A stretch of 64,000 bases of DNA, taken from Squalus acanthias (lineage: Eukaryota). Each line of letters starts with the position of its first letter. The first letter of the stretch is position 1. The position numbers and the translations under genes are program-made. The stretch is from contig JASTWF010000070.1 of the NCBI GenBank assembly GCA_030390025.1, positions 124,001-188,000 on the forward strand, read 5' to 3'. A model generated the notes under the pieces. The model worked only from the letters and a program-made list of their open reading frames with translations. It did no database searches and was not told where the DNA came from. Below, in pieces: positions 24,201 through 36,414 of this stretch.

Positions 24201-25095
24201 GTGTCCTCTTTTAGAAGTAAACTTGCAATCGGTCCAATTACAGGATGGGATATCGATTAGTCTCGGGGCTTCACCCACACGCTGCTTGTACCAGAAATAG
24301 CTATTCACCAATTCCACTACATGAACCTGGTGACATTCCAATTCAACCGACTGGCCGACTCCGGCTGTAACTGTGAAGGGGCTCCGAGACAGAAAGGGCT
24401 GGGATTCTGCAACTAGAAGGATTATTGTTACATTAGAACTGATTATTGAGCGATAGAAAGAAGCCGCGTTGAAACACCTCGCCTGTAATTTAAGAACAGC
24501 ATCATTATTGCCTTCAGTTATTGCTTGTTATATCCATTCTCTGGTTTGCCTTTACTTCGCCTTATAGAAGGACCAGAAAGTAAACCAACATTATCAACAA
24601 CAACTTTCTTTGATACATCGCCTTTAATGCAATTAAACGACCCCAGGCGCTTTACACAAATTTGACACCGAGCCACAGAAAGAGATATTAGGGACTGGTG
24701 ACCAAAAGCTTGGTCAAAGAGCTAAGTGCTAAGGAGCGTCTTAAAGGAGGAGAGAGAGGCGGAGAGGTTTAGGGAGGGAATTCCAGAGCTTAGGGTCCAG
24801 GCAGCTGAAGGCACGGCCACCAATGATGGAGCGATGGAAATCGGGCGATGTTCAAGAGGCCAAAATGGGAGGAGCGCAGAGATCACGGAGGGTTGCAGAG
24901 CTGGAGGAGGTCACAGAGATAGGGAGGGGGCGAAAATATCAGCTGTTAGCTCGGTCACATTTTCGCCTTAGTAAACACAGTCCATTGTTTTCAGTTTTTG
25001 GCTGATTCCATTTAGGAGCTTGGAACCGTGTCTCACTCACCGTAAGGCCAGAACACGTGGACAATGAGGATCAGGGAAAAAGCTGCCTTGAACAT
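18285..25095 (-). CDS. Receptor gene B: non-rearranging VJ-C1-TM immunoglobulin-superfamily receptor
   Basis: Exons: L 25095-25041 (MFKAAFSLILIVHVFWPY), VJ 24412-24080, C1 23989-23669, TM 22041-21940 (GWCILTLPFAITVSVILVLVLIFISIWNHKSGRS), 31-nt microexon 21841-21811, Cyt 20836-20787, last exon 18371-18285 (GGPRDQPLYASLQFAASEKSSKKKAGRR*); AATAAA at 17946-17941. Confidence 0.78.
18873..19170. repeat. Compound CA-rich tandem repeat
   Basis: Recurrent caatcatacccagacataatcacacacacacagacact units. Confidence 0.85.
19508..19965. repeat. 33-bp minisatellite (about 14 copies) expanded inside a SINE
   Basis: Unit gacagtgcagcgctccctcagtactgcccctcc; explains the repetitive ORFs on both strands. Confidence 0.95.
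20075..20270. repeat. (CA/CT)n microsatellite
   Basis: cacactcacact repeats. Confidence 0.9.
20918..21326. repeat. Degenerate 19-20 bp minisatellite
   Basis: Unit approximately ccaatggtaccccaatatg. Confidence 0.9.
22315..22990 (-). mobile_element. CR1 3' fragment
   Basis: ORFs 22668-22988 and 22426-22656 carry CR1 C-terminal motifs. Confidence 0.9.
23669..23989 (-). CDS. Gene B C1-set exon
   Basis: PLVCLVTG...LYWNV...DMTYSIRSHVMV...W...VCTCIV; 36/63 gapless identity to the gene A C1 core (counted by eye). Confidence 0.9.
24080..24412 (-). CDS. Gene B V-set exon with fused J-like strand
   Basis: VELEC...FWYKQRVGEAPRLI...LEIRNVQVADTGSYYC...LGNGSTLLVG; no RSS. Confidence 0.92.
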
Positions 25096-25554
25096 CTTGA
25101 GGCCGGAACCGCGCTCAGTTATTCCCGTGCTCGCTCTCAACATTCTGCATTCGGAGTGGGCGCCGAGTGACCCGAGCGCACACAGTGTTGGTTACACCCC
25201 CTTCAGATACGGTGGAAACTATTACGAGCTAAGCCGTTGGGTGCAGTATCCTGTTGGATCCCACGCCTCATGCATTTTACACGTGGGCAGTGTCTGTGCG
25301 TCACAGCGGTCAGTCTAATGCAAATTGCAGAGTGGACATAAAGAGCTTTCGATTATAGTTCGGAGAGGGAGACAGAAAGGTTATAAAATAGAAAGACGTG
25401 TATTTATATAACGCCTTTCACGACCACCCGACGTCTCAAAGCGCTTTACAGCTAATGAAATACTTTTGAAGTGTAGTCACTGTTGTAATGTGCGAATTAT
25501 GGTATGGATGTGTGCATTTGTCATTGTTCTGAATATTAAGTTCGGCAGTTAACG

Positions 25555-26030
25555 TTTAGAGGGTGCATGAACAGAGAGCCTTGGGGGTATAGGTGCACAA
25601 ATCGCTGATGGTGGCCGGGCAGGTTGAGAAAGCGGTTAAAGCGGGATTCTGGGCTTCATAAATAGAGGCACCGAGTACAAAAGCAAGGAAGTTATGATGA
25701 TCCTTTATAAAACACTGGTTCGACCCCAACTGGAGTACTGTGTCCAATTCTGGACACCGCACTTTAGGAAATGTGTGAAGGCCTTAGAGAGGGTGCAGAA
25801 AAGATTTACGAGAATGATTCCAGGGATGAGGGACTTCAGTTACGTGGAGAGACTGGAGAAGCTGGGGTTGTTCTCCTTAGAGCAGAGAAGGTTGAGAGGA
25901 GATTTGATAGAGGTGTTCAAAATCATGAGGAGTCTGGTCAGAGTAGATAGAGAGAAACTGTTCCCATTGGCGCATGGGGCGAGAACCAGAGGACACAGAT
26001 TCAAGGTGATTGGCAGAAGAATCAAAGGCG
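25555..26030 (+). mobile_element. CR1 fragment
   Basis: ORF 25694-26101 ([22 protein letters not shown]). Confidence 0.88.
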
Positions 26031-26473
26031 ACGATGAAGGAACGGCCGATAATTGTCCAAGTCAGGTTGTGTGTGACTTGGAGCGGGGAACTTGGCGGTA
26101 ATGTTGTTCCCATGCGCCTGCTCTCCTTGTCCTTCTAGGTGGTGGAGGTCGCGAGTTTGGGAGGTGCTGTCGGAGAAGCCTTGGCGAGTTGCTGCAGTGC
26201 ATCTTGTATGGAGATAGTACACACTGCAGCCACGGTGCGCCGGTGGTGGAGGGAGTGGATATTTACTGAATGATATTGAGGGTCAGAATAGGATCAATTA
26301 CTCCTGTGCAAACACTGGGCAATGCAGATAAACAGGACGCGGTGTCACATGGAAGGGGAGGCTGTAAATGAGGTCAATGTACTCGAGTCTGCTCTCTGTT
26401 CAGTTGACTCTACCCTGGGTGGCAACTGTCTTCTGTGTGCGGTTGAACATGGCGCCTCACTGTTTGACCTTTC

Positions 26474-26710
26474 TGTGTGTGAGCGGCTAAGCTGCAGAAA
26501 CAGGAAAACCACAGAGAGCTTCTAGCTCGGCCATTATTTTCCAGCTCAATTCAGAATCTCGGCCAGCCGTTTCCACAACTCGCTGCACTTTGCACATCGC
26601 CTCGCAAGCGGCCCGAGCAGCGTGAGCTGTGGTATTCAGAGCAACAGGCGCGGTCACAGTCAAAGCGCCTCTGCGCTGCCAACGAGCTGCCCCCTCTCTG
26701 CTTCAAGCTC
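26474..26710 (+). pseudogene. Relic promoter and decayed leader homologous to gene A
   Basis: ctgtgtgtgagcggctaagctgcagaaacaggaaaaccac aligns with gene A ctgtgtgtgggcacttgacctgcataaacaggaaacccac; leader-like region lacks ATG and GT donor. Confidence 0.4.
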
Positions 26711-28154
26711 AGGCTCGCGTCTTTATCAGTTGAGGTCAGGCATTTCCGCATCACTGTTCAGAAATTCAGTAAGGTACTAAATGGTCTGCTCAACTCAAAA
26801 CCAGTTCTACCAGAAATTCATTCTAAAAATTAAAATTGATGTAATTTTCTCTTAGCTCCCAGTTTCCATACCGCTTCATTCTTCTGAAGATGGCCACCCT
26901 TGACATAGGTTCCATAGGCGCCTTCCATAGAATTACACAGAATGTGCAGCACAGAAACAGGCCATTCGGCCCACCTGGTCCATGCCGTTGTATCTGCTCC
27001 ACAGGAGCCTCCTCCCACCCCTCTTCATCTCACCCCATCAGCATAACCTTCTATTCCTTTCTCCCTCATGTGTTTATCTAGCTTGCCCTTAATTGCATCT
27101 ATGCTATTCGCCTCAACCACTCCCTGTGGTAGCGAGTTCCACATTCTCACCACTTTCTGGGTAAAGAAGTTTCTCCTGAATTCCCTAGATCTTGTCTGCC
27201 CCACAAGTGGAAACATCTTCTCTACGTCTACCCTATCGAACCCTTTCATAATCTTTAAGACCTCTATCAGGTCACCCCTCAGCCTCCTCTTCTCTATTCA
27301 ATCTTTTTGATGGGTATAACCTCTAAGTTCTGGTATCATGCTCGTAAATCTTTTCTGCACCTTCTCCAGTGCCTCTGTATCCTTTTGCTCATATGGAGAG
27401 AACTGTGCACAGTGCTCCAAATGCGTTCTAACCAGTGTTCTCCGCAAATTTAACATAATTTTTCTGCTCTTCAATGGTATCCCTCTAGAAATGATCCCTA
27501 GTGTTTTGTTTGCTTTTTATGGACTTATTAACCTGCGTCGCTGCTTTTAGTGATTTGTGTATTTGTTCCCCCTGATCCCTCTGCTCCTCTAGCCCATTTA
27601 TAGTCTGATTTTCAAAGGAGTATGTGGGCTCCTTATTCTTCCTACCAAACTGCACCACCTCACACTTATATATATATTGACATTCATTAGCAAGTACACG
27701 CTCATTCTGACAGTTTTGAAATGTCTTCTTGTAGTTTTTCACAGTCCCCCTCAGTATTAACTGTACCTCCCAATTTGGAGTCCATGACCCAATCCAAATC
27801 CCCATTCTTTATGTGTGAGCGTACACAAAGAAAAATCAAAGACTTGCATTTGTACAGTGCCTTTCGCGTCCTCAGGGCGTCCCAGGCAGCTTTCAAGCCA
27901 ATAACGTACTTTTGAAGAGTAGGCACTGTTGTAATGAAGGAAACCCGGCAGCTAATGTGCGCACAGCAAGATCCCACAACCAGCAATTAAATAAATGACC
28001 AGATCATCTGTTTGAGGTGATGGTTGAGGGGTAAATATTGGCCTCAGGACACCGGGGAGAACTCCCCCTGCTCTTCTTCCAATAGTGCCCATGGGATCTT
28101 TTACATCCACACCCACGAGGGTAGACTGGGCCTCGGTTTAACGTCTCATCTCTT

Positions 28155-28430
28155 CCGACATTGCGGCACTCACTCAATATTGCCCCTCCGACTGTACGGT
28201 GCTCCCTCAGTACTGCCCCTCCGACAGTGCAGCGCTCCCTCTGTACTGCCCCTCCGACAGTGTGGCACTCCCTCAGTACTGCCCCTCCAACAGTCCAGTG
28301 ATCCCTCTGTACTGCCCCTCCGACAGTACGGCGCTCCCTCAGTACCGCCCCTCCGACAGTGCGGCGCTCCCTCTGAACTGCCCCTCCGACTGTACGGCAT
28401 TCCCTCAGTACCGCCCCTCCAACAGCAGAG
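28155..28430. repeat. Second SINE-derived 33-bp minisatellite (about 8 copies)
   Basis: Same unit as 19508-19965. Confidence 0.9.
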
Positions 28431-28432
28431 CA

Positions 28433-29749
28433 CTTGGAAAACAGTGACAGGATCGAACAAAGTCAACATGGATTTACAAAAGGTAAATCATGCTTGACTA
28501 ATCCACTGGAATTTTTTGAGTATGTAACTGTTAGAATAGGTAAGGGAGAACCAGTGGATGTGGTGTATTTGGACTTTCAGAAGGCTTTCGATAAGGTCCC
28601 GCATAAGAGATTAGCATGCAAAGTTAAAGCACATGGGATTGGGGTAAGGTACTGACTTGGATAGAGAACTGGTTGGCAGACAGGATGCAAAGATTTGGAA
28701 TAAACGGGTCTTTTTCCGAGTGGCAGGCAGTGACTAGTGGGGTACCGCAGGGATCGGCGCTAGGACCCCAGCTATTCACAATATATATTAGTGATCTAGA
28801 CGAGGGAACTAGATGTAATATCTCCAAGTTTGCAGACGACACAAAGCTGGGTGGGCGTGTGTGCTGTGAGGAGGATGCAGAGAAACTCCAGTATGATTTG
28901 GACAGGTTGAATGATTGGGCAGATGCAGTATAATGTGGATAAATGCGAGGTTATCCACTTTGGTGGCAAAAACAGGAAGGCAGATTATTATCTGAATGGC
29001 AATAGAATGGGAAAAGTGGAAGTGCAACGAGACCTAGGTGCCCTTGTGCACCAGTCGCTGAAGGTAAGCATGCAGGTGCAGCAGGCGGTTAAGAAGGCAA
29101 ATGGTATGTTGGCCTTCATAGCGAGAGGATTCGAGTACAGGAGCAAGGATTTCTTGCTGCAGTTGTACAGAGCCTTGGTGAGACCACACCTTGAGTACTT
29201 TGTGCAGTTTTGGTCGCCTTATCTGAGGAAGGATGTTCTTGCCATGGAGGGAGTGCAGCGAAGATTCACCAGACTGATACCTGGGATGGCAGGAATGACG
29301 TATGAACAGAGATTGGGTCGATTAGGCTTATATTCGCTAGAGTTTAGAAGAATGAGAGGGGATCTCATTGAAACTTATACAATTCTAACAGGACAAGACA
29401 GACTAGATGCAGGAAGGATGTTCCCGATGGCGGGGGAGTCCAGAACCAGGGGTCACAGTCTACGGATAAGGGGTAAGCCATTTAGGACTGAGATGAGGAG
29501 GAATTTCTTCACCTAGAGAGTGGTGAACCTGTGGAATTCTCTACCGCAGAAGGCAGTTGAGGCCAATTCATTAAATATATTCAAGAAGGAGCTAGATATA
29601 TTTCTTAAGGCTAAAGGGATCAAGGGATATGGGGAGAAAGCAGGTACAGGGTACTGAATTTGGATGATCAGCCATGATCTCATTAAATGGCGGAGCAGGC
29701 TCGAGGGGCCGAATGGCCTACTCCTGCTCCTATCTTCTATGTTTCTATG
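28433..29749 (+). mobile_element. 5'-truncated CR1 LINE
   Basis: RT ORF pieces 28434-28655, 28673-28933, 28911-29516. Confidence 0.95.
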
Positions 29750-30164
29750 AACAGAGAGCAGACCGCGGGCTACGTCATCTTAATTTCCATCCAATCCCCA
29801 TTATCGCTCCGAATGGAAACAGAGCGAATCCATCAACCGCACTGGCATCTACTGATAGAAATGATCAGTTAATGTTTCGGGCATAATGCCTTCAACAGAC
29901 ACTCATCCGCAGTGTAATTCCAACAGTTTTTGTTTGTATTTCAGATACCCAGATTTACATTATTTTTATTATCTCTACAGGGAGTCGAGGACCCCCCGCC
30001 ACCACTCTGGCCCCCTGTGGGGTGATTGATTTTAATAATTTAGCCAGAAGAATTATTTTAGAGATGCAGAAATGCGACGACATTCCTGGATAATTGTGAA
30101 GATAACTCAAACTATGTTGCTAAATAGCTTCCATGCTCAGTCGATATACAAGTCTTAAGAATGC

Positions 30165-30345
30165 ATTTATGTGCGTGTGTATGTCTGTATTTATATTTGG
30201 GTGAGTCTATTAATATTTGTGCGTTTGTGTGTGTATGTGAGTGTGTGTATGTGTCGATGTGTATATGTGTGTGTATATATACGTGTGTATGTATGTGTGA
30301 GTATGTCTGTGTGTATATGTGTTTGTCTGTGTGTGTGAGTGTATT
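30165..30345. repeat. Degenerate (GT/AT)n microsatellite
   Basis: gtgtgtat repeats. Confidence 0.85.
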
Positions 30346-30617
30346 TCTCTTTATTCACGGATGTGGGCGTTGCTGGCAAGGCCGGCATTTATTGCCCATC
30401 CCTAGTTGCCCCTTGAGAAGGTGGTGGTGAGCCGCCTTCTTGAACCGCTGCAGTCCGTGTGGTGAAGGTGCTCCCACAGCGCTGTTAGGGAGGGAGTTCC
30501 AGGATTTTTACCCAACGACGATGAAGGAACGGCCGATATATTTCCAAGTCAGGATGATGTGTGACTTGGAGGGGAACTTGGAGGTGGTGGTGTTTCCATG
30601 CGCCTGCTGCCCTTGTC

Positions 30618-30785
30618 NNNNNNNNNNNNNNNNNNNNNNNNNNNNNNNNNNNNNNNNNNNNNNNNNNNNNNNNNNNNNNNNNNNNNNNNNNNNNNNNNNN
30701 NNNNNNNNNNNNNNNNNNNNNNNNNNNNNNNNNNNNNNNNNNNNNNNNNNNNNNNNNNNNNNNNNNNNNNNNNNNNNNNNNNNNN
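30618..30785. other. Assembly gap
   Basis: Run of N. Confidence 1.
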
Positions 30786-31266
30786 ATGTTTCTGTGTGCT
30801 ATAACGAGACGCTGTTGCTATCTGTCTACGCCACTAAGCAACGAGCTTGGCCCTCCTTGCAGGCAAACAGCTTTTTCATTGAGGTCCCAATCACACGCAA
30901 ACTCTTCGCTTGCCGGTAGGGGCGCCAAAGCAGCGGCTTCCATTCTCTTAAATCAATAACCTGGGGCCATTATTCGGAACTATGCCCCTTGACCCTGGAA
31001 ACAGTTCTCCTGGAAGATGGCGCATGACGAAACGGCTGATTGGATTAGTTCCACATGTGAACCAATCAAACAGTGCAGTTGTCTGAATGGATTTGTTGAT
31101 TTTAAAAAGAATCTTATTGGTTTCTAATTTGAGATTATTTATGATTAATAGCAGTCTACTGTTGCCTATAAACAGTAAGCCAGATCGTGCCCTATGGAGA
31201 ACGAGTAAGCTGATATAAACATGATTTAAATATCTATATATTTCTCTGTTTTAATATGTTTTCCAG

Positions 31267-31446
31267 ACTCGACACATCGGCGGATTTTGTTGCGTTGAAA
31301 ATGTCATCAAAAAAGAAGGCGGGAAAGAGACGCGAACTCGAATGGGTTCTATCAGATTTACGAAAGAATCCACAGCAGGTGGAAACTGTAACTTAACTTG
31401 CAATGTAAAGCAACAGAGACTCTCAACAAACACCTAAACTATCTCA
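31267..31446 (+). pseudogene. Orphan terminal exon paralogous to the gene B last exon
   Basis: Shares tcatcaaaaaagaaggcggg exactly with gene B; reads LDTSADFVALKMSSKKKAGKRRELEWVLSDLRKNPQQVETVT*; 3'UTR similarity continues (caaacacctaaactatct vs caaacatctgaactatct). Confidence 0.65.
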
Positions 31447-33310
31447 AACTGAGGAGCTTAAGATGATTAAAGTTGATAGAAAATAGAAAGACTTGCATTT
31501 CTATTGCGCCTTTCACCACCACCGGACGCCCCAAAGCGCTTTACAGCCAATGAAGTACTTTCTGAGGTGTGGTCACTGTTGTAATGTGGGAAACGCAGCA
31601 GACAATTTGCGCACAGCAAGCTCCCACAAAGACCAATGTGATAATGACCAGATCATCTGTTTTTTAGTGATGTTGGTTGAGGGATAACTATTGGCCAGGA
31701 CTCCAGGGTAAACTCCCCTGGGTTTCCTTGGAATATTGCCATTGCATTTTTTACGTCAACCTGAGAGGGCAGACAGGGCCTCAGTTTAATGCCTCACCTG
31801 AAAGACGGCCGCTCTGACAGTGCAGCGCTCCCTCACAACTGCACTGGGAGCGTCGGCCTAGATTTTTGTGCTCAAGTCTCTAGAATGAGACTTGAACACA
31901 CAAACTTCGAACTCAAAGGCGAAGGTGCTACCAACTCGGCCACAGCTGTCTCTCCTTTAAATAGAGAGAAAAACATTCCTCTGGTGGGAGGAGTCCAGAA
32001 CAAGGGGGCATAACCTTAAAATTAGAGCCAGACCGTTCAGGGGTGATATCAGGAAGCAGTTCTTCACACAATGTGCATTGGAAATCTGGAACTCTCTCTC
32101 CCAAAAAGCGTTGAGGCTGGGGGTCAATTGAAAATTTCAAAACTGAGATTGATAGATTTTTGTTGGGTAAGGGTATTAAGGGTTAAGGAACCAGGGCGGG
32201 TAGATGGAGATAAGATACAGATCAGACGTGATCTAATTGAACGGCCTTCTCCTGTTCCCATTTTCCTATCGCTTTGCTCTCGCCAAGATTTACGTAGAAG
32301 GTATTGCTTTTTCAAACACCGCTTGGCGTATTATGAAGATAATCTAGTGTATCAGTACGATGGCAGTGTGCAACTAACATTAAACAACAAGGACTTTCTT
32401 GTCTCGCATTTTCCTGCACTTTTTGCCTTGACTGGTGGCACTGTATAGGCTAGACGGGGAAAGGCTATTCCCACTAGTTGTTGGTACAAGGACTAGGGGT
32501 CACAGATTTAAGGTTTTGGGCAAGAGATACAGGGGGATGTGAGGAAAATCTTTTTTACACAGCAAGTGCTGAGGAACTGGAACTCGCTGCCGATTGAAGT
32601 GGTGGAAGCGGAGACACACAATGTTTTCAAGGGGAGACTGGATAGGCACTTGAGGGAAATAAACTTGCAGGGCTACGGGGTTATAGCAGGGGAATGGGAC
32701 TGACTGGATCGCTCTACAGAGAGCCGGCACGGACTCGATAGGCCGAATGGCCTCCTTCTGTGCGGTATGACTCTATGACTCTATGACTATGACTGTAGCA
32801 CCAGTTACTGGCCAGTTTGTTGGAAACATCGCGCAAGCAAGTTTTAAAAAGTTTTCCTAAAATAGAACAATGCACTCGAAGTTTAGAATCATAGGATCAT
32901 AGAACGGTTACAGCAGAGAAGGAGGCCATTCGGCCGATCGAGCCCGTGCCGGCTCTCTGCAAGAACACTTCAGCTAGTCCCACCCCCCGCCCTTTCCCCG
33001 TAGTTTTTCCTTCAGGATCTCATCCAACTCCTTTTCGAAAGCCATGATTGGGTCTGCCTCCACCACCCTTTCAAGCAATGCATTCCAGATCCTAACCACT
33101 CGCCGCGTAAAAAACATTTTCCTTATGTCGCTTTGGTTCTTTTGCCAATCACCTTAAATCTCTGTCCTCTGGTTCTCGACCCTTCCGCCAATGGGAACAA
33201 ATTCTCTCTATCTACTCTGTCTAGATCCCTCATGATTTTAAACACCTCTATCAAATCTCCTCTCAACCTTCTCTGCTCTAAGGAGAACAACCCCAGCTTC
33301 TCCAGTCTAT

Positions 33311-34480
33311 CGATAAGGTCCCGCATAAGAGATTAGCGTGCAAAGTTAAAGCACATGGGATTGGGGGTAAGGTACTGATTTGGATAGAGAACTGGTTGGC
33401 AGACAGGAAGCAAAGACTTGGAATAAATGGGTCTTTTTCCGAGTGGCAGGCAGTGACTAATGGGGTACCGCAGGGATCGGTGCTTGGACCCCAGCTATTC
33501 ACGATATATATTAATGATCTAGACAAGGGAACTAGATGTAATATTTCCAAGTTTGCAGATGACACAAAGCTGGGTGGGCATGTGTGCTGTGAGGAGGATG
33601 CAGAGAAATTCCAGTATGATTTGGACAGGTTGGGTGATTGGGCAGATGCATGGCAGATGCAGTATAATGTGGATAAATGTGAGGTTATCCACTTTGGTGG
33701 CAAAATCAGGAAGACAGATTATTATCTGAACGGCAATAGACTGGGAAAAGGGGAAGTGCAACGAGACCTGGGTGTCCTTGTGCACCAGTCACTGAAGGTA
33801 AGCATGCAGGTGCAGCAGGCGGTTAAGAAGGCAAATGGTATGTTGGCCTTCATAGCGAGAGGATTCGAGTACAGGAGCAAGGATGTCTTGCTGCAGTTGT
33901 ACAGGGACTTGGTGAGACCACACCTTGAGTATTGTATGCAGTTTTGGTCGCCTTATCTGAGGAAGGATGTTCTTGCCATGGAGGGAGTGCAGTGAAGATT
34001 CACCAGACTGATACCTGGGATGGCAGGAATGACATATGAAGAGAGATTGGGTCGATTAGGATTATATTCGCTAGAGTTTAGAAGAATGAGAGGTGATCTC
34101 ATTGAAACTTATAAAATTCTAACAGGACTAGACCGACTAGATGCAGAAAGGATGTTCCCGATGGCGGGGGAGTCCAGAACCAGAGGTCACAGTCTAAGGA
34201 TAAGGGGTAAGCCATTTAGGACTGAGATGAGGAGGAATTTCTTCACCCAGAGAGTGGTGAACCTGTGGAATTCTCTGCCACAGAAGGCTGTGGAGGCCAA
34301 ATCATTAAATATATTCAAGAAGGAGATAGATATATTTCTTAAGGCTAAAGGGATCAAGGGATATGGGGAGAAAGCATGGACAGGGTACTGAATTTGGATG
34401 ATCAGCCATGATCTCATTAAATGAGGGAGCAGGCTCGAGGGGCCGAATGGCATACACCTGCTCCTATCTTCTATGCTTCT
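33311..34480 (+). mobile_element. CR1 LINE nested in an older minus-strand CR1 (32885-34512)
   Basis: RT ORFs 33396-33995 and 34020-34391; tctatc repeated at both junctions; near-identical to 28433-29749. Confidence 0.93.
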
Positions 34481-36414
34481 ATCCATGTAACTGAAGTCCC
34501 TCATCCCTGGAATTGATCAATTGTTATTTTGTAATTAGAGGCCATCATGATTTTTTGAATGAGAAGAGGATTGCTGATGCTGGATATGATAAATATGTGT
34601 CCGAACATCCTACCTCCTAATTGGCCATCAGGTCCCTGAAAGAAGTTCTTGATTTTAGTAGATATTTATGTTGGCCGCTAGGGGCGCTGTGTCGCCAGTT
34701 TCCATTCAGTGTATATTAAAACGAGGCCCCACCATTCCGAGTACTGTGCATTCTGACCCTTTTACTGAGGCTAATTAAGTAAACGGGACAGATTGATTAA
34801 CGTGATATTAATTTTGCTTATTTCTTGAAAGGTTTTGTTCACGTCCGTTATATTTCTGAAATAAAAGATTGGGAAACCGTGTTCTTCCCCAGAGTACAGT
34901 AGTGATTCACACTGAACTAGGATAAGTAAACCACTGCTTGTTCAGGTGTTCGCAGTGGTGCAGTTGCTTGCACTCTCGCCTCTTGACTCGGAAGTTTGTG
35001 GGTCCAACTCCCAGTCCAGATTTCAGGATGCCCCAAAACGCTTAGAGACAAGGCAGTACTTTTAAAGTGTAGTCACTGTTGTAATATAGGAAACGCTGCA
35101 GCCATATTGCGCACAGCATGATTCCACAAACAGCAACGATATAGTTTCCAGATAATCTGTTTTAGTGATGTTGGTTGAGGGATAAATATTTACCAGGTGA
35201 ACCCCAGCTCTTCTTCGAAATAGTGCCGTGGTATATTTTACGTCCACCTGAGAAAGCAGACGGGGCCTCGGTTTAACATCTCATCCGAAAAGCGGCACCT
35301 CCGACAGTGCAGCGCTCCCTCAGTACCGGCCCTGGGTTATCAGCCTGGATTATGTGCTCAAGCATCTGGAGTGGGACTTGAACCCACTACCTTCTGACTC
35401 AGAGGCGAACAGGAGAGATTGTTATATTCTGTAACTGCTGAATTGAACATTCTCTGAACAGAGATATCAACCACAAGGACATTTGAGGACAGAAAATCCG
35501 CTACTGAACCGACCAACACCAGGCCGTACTTGGGAAGGCCTGAACCCCTCCGATGATACCTGGGAGAAGTTTTCTAAAAATTGTTCTTGTGAATAAAATG
35601 CAATCCACAATAAATGAATGCCTATCGGTATCTGTACGCGTGTGTTTAAAGACAACCTACACCTTGTGCAATAGAAAGTGTAGCAGAAATCTATTCTATT
35701 CCACAATTTGATAAATATCCAGTAATGACACATTGCAGTAAGTCGAAAGTATATTAAGTTTAACTGGAATTGTCGGTAACCATGTTCTGCTGGAGCTTGT
35801 TTGATGGTGTAAGGGAGTTTAGGAGAAATTTCCAGAGATCTTTTCTTCTGGAATTCATTAGTTAGCATCTCTGGCGGTTGTAAAGGGAGGGTTACATCCA
35901 ATGGATATGGTTAGCATTCATTACCTGATAGTCGAAACACACCTTTCTATTAATTCATGATGGTTTTGTGTGTAACCATTGCTTGCATTTAATTGAAAAG
36001 ATTTTTGTCGCGAGCATTCTTGATTGAATGATGCTTATTCCCCAATTTTTGTTTCTGGAATCATGATTAAGCTTTTAGATATGTGTGAATCACAATATCA
36101 AAGGAAAATTGTAAACTATGTCTCATTGTACTTACTGTGCATGTTCGCTGAGCTATCAGAGAGAAAGAGAAAGAGACAGAGACATTGAGAGAGAGAGAGA
36201 AAGAGAGAGAGACAGAGAGAGAGAGAGAGAGTTGCTGTAGTTTGGGTCATGAGTTCTGTTTGCTGTAGTTCATAGAGACTCTTTTTAAATAGACTCTGTA
36301 GACTGTTTGCTGTACTGCGCTGTTTAAATAGACTCTGTTTGCTCAGCAAATAGGGGTTGTTTGCTATAAAATAGGCTGTTTGATGTGAGTCCTGCCTTAT
36401 GTCCCGACACACCT

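Noticed and set aside
31010-31070. YY1-like and CCAAT motifs suggesting a promoter
   Set aside because: No associated exon identified and adjacent to the gap; cannot be supported
34672-34690. CTCF-like ccgctaggggcgc
   Set aside because: One base short of the core spacing
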